Shown: one piece after another, positions 59,887 through 64,000 of the stretch
Position numbering within the stretch: the stretch's first letter is position 1
Layout: each line of letters opens with the position of its first letter
Origin: a virus
Strand: one strand, 5' to 3'
Length of the DNA stretch: 64,000 nucleotides
Virus record (IMG/VR): IMGVR_UViG_3300042691_015471
Span: 3,498 to 67,497 of that record
Made by a program: the position numbers and the translations under genes
Notes under the pieces: model-generated
Told to the model about the DNA's origin: nothing
The model's input: the letters and a program-made list of their open reading frames with translations, nothing else
Databases searched by the model: none

Positions 59887-60608
59887 TGGCAACATTCTTT
59901 GGTGTAACCGCTGTCCCTGTTGATGGTGCTTCTGCGGTTAACGCAACAACCACCATAACAATCACTCCCCCGGCTTCGATGCTGGAAGGGGACTTGGTGG
60001 TGGTGTACACTCAACAGAGGGGTAATGTCGCATGGACGAACAGTACCACTGGAGGACAGACTTGGAATAACGTGGGTAACTCTACCGTTACCTCTAACGT
60101 CTCCATGAATACGTTCTGGGCGAGGTTCAATGGGACATGGGCGGCTAACCCTGTGTTCACTAATACTGGCGGTACATGTACGAGTGCTGTGATGATTGTA
60201 TTCAGACCTGACAACTCAACCAACGACTGGTTCACTGAACAGATCTCAACCACCACTGCAGCAGCTGCTGCTACGATTACGGTTACTGGTGTCACTCCTG
60301 CTAACGGGAACAACGTGACCATCGCCTCTTGGATGACAGCTGACGATAACACATGGGGTACGCTGTCAGGGACTAACTGGACTAAAGGTACTCTGTCTGC
60401 TCAGTACAGGAACACATCCGGTACTGACCAGTCTATGACATTCGCCTATCAGCTGCAGGGTACTGCTGCTCCTACGAACAACGTATCTCAGACTCAGTTG
60501 ACACTGGGTAACGATGCGACTAACTGGAGGAGGATTACGTTCTATGAAGCTGAACCTGTACTGGGAGGGTTTGACCCGATGGGGACAATGGGATTCTTTG
60601 GATTATAA
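59886..60608 (+). CDS. Thr-rich beta-sandwich virion protein
   Basis: ITITPP..EGDLVVV pattern; structural-gene context. Confidence 0.55.
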   Translation: MATFFGVTAVPVDGASAVNATTTITITPPASMLEGDLVVVYTQQRGNVAWTNSTTGGQTWNNVGNSTVTSNVSMNTFWARFNGTWAANPVFTNTGGTCTSAVMIVFRPDNSTNDWFTEQISTTTAAAAATITVTGVTPANGNNVTIASWMTADDNTWGTLSGTNWTKGTLSAQYRNTSGTDQSMTFAYQLQGTAAPTNNVSQTQLTLGNDATNWRRITFYEAEPVLGGFDPMGTMGFFGL

Positions 60609-60617
60609 AAAACTAAT

Positions 60618-62768
60618 ATGAAGGTACTATCGGATATACTACACAAGGCTGGGATACTTAAGGAAGGTGCTGAGGCTTACAGCTCGGGGGGATACTCAGT
60701 TGTTGTAAGAAATGCAACAACTCAAAGGTTTGAGACGGTAGCTTCAACTGCGTTTGCGAATATCTATACTTCAAACGGAACCCTTACAGGGAATCGTACG
60801 GTAACCCTGTCTGGTAGTTATCTTGATATTGCTGGAACAACAACCACTAGGTTCTTCTCAACTGGCAACGTAACGGTCGGTGGTACTGTAGATGCCGGAT
60901 TCAAGCTTGATGTTAATGGCGAGATCCGTGGTGTGAGTAGAGTTTCTGCTTCGCTTGGTGGTCTTACAAACAACTGCCTATACACATACATATCAAACCA
61001 CTGCGGTAGTGCTGGTTATATTGGATTCGGGTTTGTAAACACTACCAATCCAGCGCTAGCTGATTCGGTGTTTGACATCTATCAGGGTCCTGTAGCTGCA
61101 CCGATTGCCAACCTTTTTAACATCAAGCATTCTCTTCTGAATGCAAGCTATGTTCAGCCTCAGGCAATCCTAGGCATCACTACCACTATAAATCAGTCTG
61201 CTACTGCTACTGGCGATATCAGGGGGATCTACTATAACCCAACGGTGACAAGTGTGATAGGTAATCACTATGCATGGGAGTCTACCTCAGGTAAGATCAA
61301 GGTATCAGACCTGTCCGGTACCGGATCAAGGATGGTAGTTGCTGACAGCTCGGGGGTATTATCCACATCCGCTCTACCTACATCTACTAATATATACAAC
61401 AGTGATGGTACACTGACAGGGAATAGGACGGTTGCCTTAGGTGGTTATAAGTTATCTGTAGGGGTTCCTACGACAAGCTTCGCTTCTGGCTCATTTGAAT
61501 TGGGCATTAATGCTGCTTCTGCGTTTAGCCAAGTAATTCACAACACTAATGGAGGAGGTGCAGGTGCAATTGTATTTGGCGCTAATAATAGGTACATGCA
61601 TATTGGTATGGCTGGAACTTCTCTAGCTTGGCCTGTGAATGGTGCGGCCTTTATACATAACACATACGCAGATTTATATTTCACTGGGGGTAGTTCTGGA
61701 CAACCGGGAACAGGAGATGTTATCATGACAATGTTCCGCTCCACTAAGAACGTCACCGTTGGAGGAATTACAGACTCCGGCTACAAGCTTGATGTGCAGG
61801 GGACAGCGAGGGTGACAGGAGCTGTGCGAGTAGATACGAATGGTTTTAACAGAACTGGAAGTGCAGGCTCAGGTTCAATATCTATTGGAAATGTAAGTGG
61901 TTTATCGACTGCAACTGCTGATGGTAGTATTTCTATTGGGTCAACTTCAAGTGCCACCGGGTTAGATTCTACTGCATTAGGTACTGAAGCAACTGCGTCA
62001 TCTCAATCATCTATTGCGATAGGGAGAGGTGCAATTTCAAATGGTGTTGGAGGAATTGCAATCGGAGTTGGAGCAAGAGCAAGTGGAACAGAATTAGTAA
62101 TCGGTAATCGTTGGCAACCTATTAATGAAGTATTCTTTGGGACTGGTAGCAATAGGTGGTCAGGTAATACACAGTTTGCTGGAGATGGCGCATCCTGTGC
62201 AATCAACGGTAGCGGTGCATTTGGTACAGACTTCGCTGGTGGTAACATTACCATCGCAGGTGGTAAAGGAACAGGCGCAGGTACTCCCGGTGACGTTATA
62301 ATCTCTACAGCAACAGCAACAGCTTCGGGAACAACCCTTCAATCTCTCACACAGAGGGTATGGATTAAGGGCGAGAATGGGAATGTAGGGATTGGTGCTA
62401 GTCCGAATGCTTCTTATAAACTAGACGTAGCAGGAACAGGCCGCTTCACCAACATGCTGTCCGTAATCACCACAGGAACAACCAACGAGGTTGCCCTGTT
62501 CAAGTCCACAGAACCATACATAACAGTCGAGGCAGCAGGTGGTTCTAACTCTGCATCCATCTTCCTCAAGCCTTCAACATCTAGTCAGAACGCAACCATC
62601 CAGAACAGGACGGGTGGTGGACTGGAGTTCTATGTGAACGCAGACTACACCAACGCCAAGATGACCATCAAGGGGACAACGGTTAATATCAGAAGTCTTC
62701 CAACCTCGGCAACGGGACTCAGCTCGGGGGATATATGGAATGACGGAGGAACACTTAAGGTAGCTTAA
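60618..62768 (+). CDS. Second modular tail fibre
   Basis: Shares modules with 51772-58341; C-terminal LPTSATGLSSGDIWNDGGTLKV. Confidence 0.75.
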   Translation: MKVLSDILHKAGILKEGAEAYSSGGYSVVVRNATTQRFETVASTAFANIYTSNGTLTGNRTVTLSGSYLDIAGTTTTRFFSTGNVTVGGTVDAGFKLDVNGEIRGVSRVSASLGGLTNNCLYTYISNHCGSAGYIGFGFVNTTNPALADSVFDIYQGPVAAPIANLFNIKHSLLNASYVQPQAILGITTTINQSATATGDIRGIYYNPTVTSVIGNHYAWESTSGKIKVSDLSGTGSRMVVADSSGVLSTSALPTSTNIYNSDGTLTGNRTVALGGYKLSVGVPTTSFASGSFELGINAASAFSQVIHNTNGGGAGAIVFGANNRYMHIGMAGTSLAWPVNGAAFIHNTYADLYFTGGSSGQPGTGDVIMTMFRSTKNVTVGGITDSGYKLDVQGTARVTGAVRVDTNGFNRTGSAGSGSISIGNVSGLSTATADGSISIGSTSSATGLDSTALGTEATASSQSSIAIGRGAISNGVGGIAIGVGARASGTELVIGNRWQPINEVFFGTGSNRWSGNTQFAGDGASCAINGSGAFGTDFAGGNITIAGGKGTGAGTPGDVIISTATATASGTTLQSLTQRVWIKGENGNVGIGASPNASYKLDVAGTGRFTNMLSVITTGTTNEVALFKSTEPYITVEAAGGSNSASIFLKPSTSSQNATIQNRTGGGLEFYVNADYTNAKMTIKGTTVNIRSLPTSATGLSSGDIWNDGGTLKVA

Positions 62769-62786
62769 CAATTAAACACAAATACA

Positions 62787-63083
62787 ATGGCAAAGCAAAT
62801 TCAACCCGTGTCCATCTGGACAGCATCAGGAGTAAAATCAGCAGAGCAAATCTCTGCAATCATCATCAACGACAACCTGTCAAGTTCCGCCACCTTCTAC
62901 TATGAATTGAAGGCAGCTGACGTGACCACCCAGGATGGGGAAGGTAATGACGTGGTAACCCCCGGAGCATCCCTGCAGAACGGAAACTGTTCTATGGGCG
63001 GTGCAGACTACGAGAACTGGGACGACTCTAACGATGCAGCCTATGCGTTCATCGCAGACGCTATCGGAGTCACCATAATCTAG
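62787..63083 (+). CDS. Tail fibre-associated small protein
   Basis: KQIQPVSIW...TFYYEL...GN..M.G.DY..W pattern; follows the fibre gene. Confidence 0.55.
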   Translation: MAKQIQPVSIWTASGVKSAEQISAIIINDNLSSSATFYYELKAADVTTQDGEGNDVVTPGASLQNGNCSMGGADYENWDDSNDAAYAFIADAIGVTII

Positions 63084-63141
63084 GGGGTTTTTTTGGTATG
63101 TATTGCTAAAGTCCTTAGTAACTTTGGCTAAATATTTTACC

Positions 63142-63420
63142 ATGTTAGATTTTACCAAACAATTAGTAGGATTAGATGGCATCGCTGTTAAGGACATTGA
63201 CGACAAAGAGGTAACCCTCGGCAAGCTTTTGTCCGGTCAGCTGGTATCAGCCAACAAAGGAGACGCATTAAAGCTTTTCACATGGGCGCAGAAGTGCTTC
63301 AATGGAGAGAAGCTGGAACTGGACCCAAGCGATACCGCAACTCTGAAGGAGTTCATCAAGAGCAACGAGCAGTTGACGGTACTTGCTAAGGCTCAATTAC
63401 TTAGCGTTTTCAAAGATTAA
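63142..63420 (+). CDS. Hypothetical protein
   Basis: MLDFTKQL...; TAACTTTG upstream at 63119. Confidence 0.55.
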   Translation: MLDFTKQLVGLDGIAVKDIDDKEVTLGKLLSGQLVSANKGDALKLFTWAQKCFNGEKLELDPSDTATLKEFIKSNEQLTVLAKAQLLSVFKD

Positions 63421-63422
63421 TT

Positions 63423-63689
63423 ATGGCGAATACAGTCGTTGAGAATAAGATTAGAGCATACTTAACCCCCGGTCTGATAACATGTTTCGGAGTAGTCTCT
63501 TGGACATTGATCGATGAGATACGCACTGACGTGAAGTCGCTACTAGCGGCAAATGCTGAGGTGCAGGTAAAGATCCAGAATCTTGAGAAGAGGATGGATG
63601 GGTTAGAGAATGTGGTCTACTATTCTCAACGGCTGTTCGCTATTAAACCTGAAGAAATTGAAGTACCTAAGCGTAATAATTCTCGTTAG
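63423..63689 (+). CDS. Single-TM coiled-coil protein
   Basis: TM segment then heptad repeats. Confidence 0.5.
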   Translation: MANTVVENKIRAYLTPGLITCFGVVSWTLIDEIRTDVKSLLAANAEVQVKIQNLEKRMDGLENVVYYSQRLFAIKPEEIEVPKRNNSR

Positions 63690-64000
63690 TGCCATCTCCT
63701 GCAACCCTGTAAGGCAGGTGTTGAAGGACCAAGTCAAGTTTGATCAGGTTGCCGAAGAGGTTATTCGCAGGGGTTACTGTGCAAACGATACTACTGTTAT
63801 TACAGAACTTAAAGATACTGTCATCTACAAGGACAGCCTGGTTACGGTGATTGACTCCGTACCGTGCAAGGATTTTGACAGCACCATAAGAGGTGCCAGG
63901 ATTTCGGTCCGCTCGGGGGTACTAACCTATACAGCAAAGGACTCGATAGTATACCAAACCAAGACCATCACAAACTCAATACGGGACAAAGCTCTTGAGA
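63658..64000 (+). CDS. Lipoprotein, spanin-like (runs off the window end)
   Basis: TTG start; KYLSVIILVSAIS-C lipobox; frame open to 64000. Confidence 0.55.
   Translation, partial: MKYLSVIILVSAISCNPVRQVLKDQVKFDQVAEEVIRRGYCANDTTVITELKDTVIYKDSLVTVIDSVPCKDFDSTIRGARISVRSGVLTYTAKDSIVYQTKTITNSIRDKALE

Noticed and set aside
54040-62450. Diversity-generating retroelement or invertase shufflon acting on the tail fibres
   Set aside because: No reverse transcriptase in the window, repeat differences are not adenine-specific, and all repeats are direct rather than inverted.
1-64000. Stop-codon recoding (alternative genetic code)
   Set aside because: Long genes are intact in code 11, all three stop codons are used, and no suppressor tRNA was seen.

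Overview
The window is most of the genome of a temperate, podovirus-like dsDNA phage, very probably of a Bacteroidota host. Support for the host: TAnnTTTG -7 promoter boxes, AC-rich leaders without Shine-Dalgarno sequences, and a DUF4846-like gene. Layout: (1) 1-19.7 kb (+) holds tail-stabiliser/nozzle genes, three probable ejected internal virion proteins (one a 3311-aa polyvalent protein) and a lysis cassette. (2) 20.4-38.9 kb (mostly -) holds early, replication and recombination genes: primase-helicase, Rad52/Sak-like annealing protein, YqaJ exonuclease, Holliday resolvase, dNMP kinase, XRE repressor, tyrosine integrase with a likely attP, and a ParB-like protein. (3) 38.9-39.9 kb is a non-coding, G-skewed divergence region. 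(4) 40-64 kb (+) holds HNH, GroES-like, terminase, portal, scaffold, capsid and modular tail-fibre genes. No DNA polymerase, reverse transcriptase or CRISPR array was seen. Main unexplained signals, all read by eye: (a) an early-operon RNA array at 34.8-37.65 kb, in which a complete type III hammerhead ribozyme and four covarying tRNA acceptor/T-arm minihelices each sit just upstream of successive small genes, followed by an expanded pseudo-tRNA; (b) a 9-bp motif GYTCGGGRG found about 41 times, in all three reading frames and biased to the + strand; (c) a kissing-loop attenuator-like element downstream of the integrase. All protein calls come from recognised motifs and gene order, not database searches.
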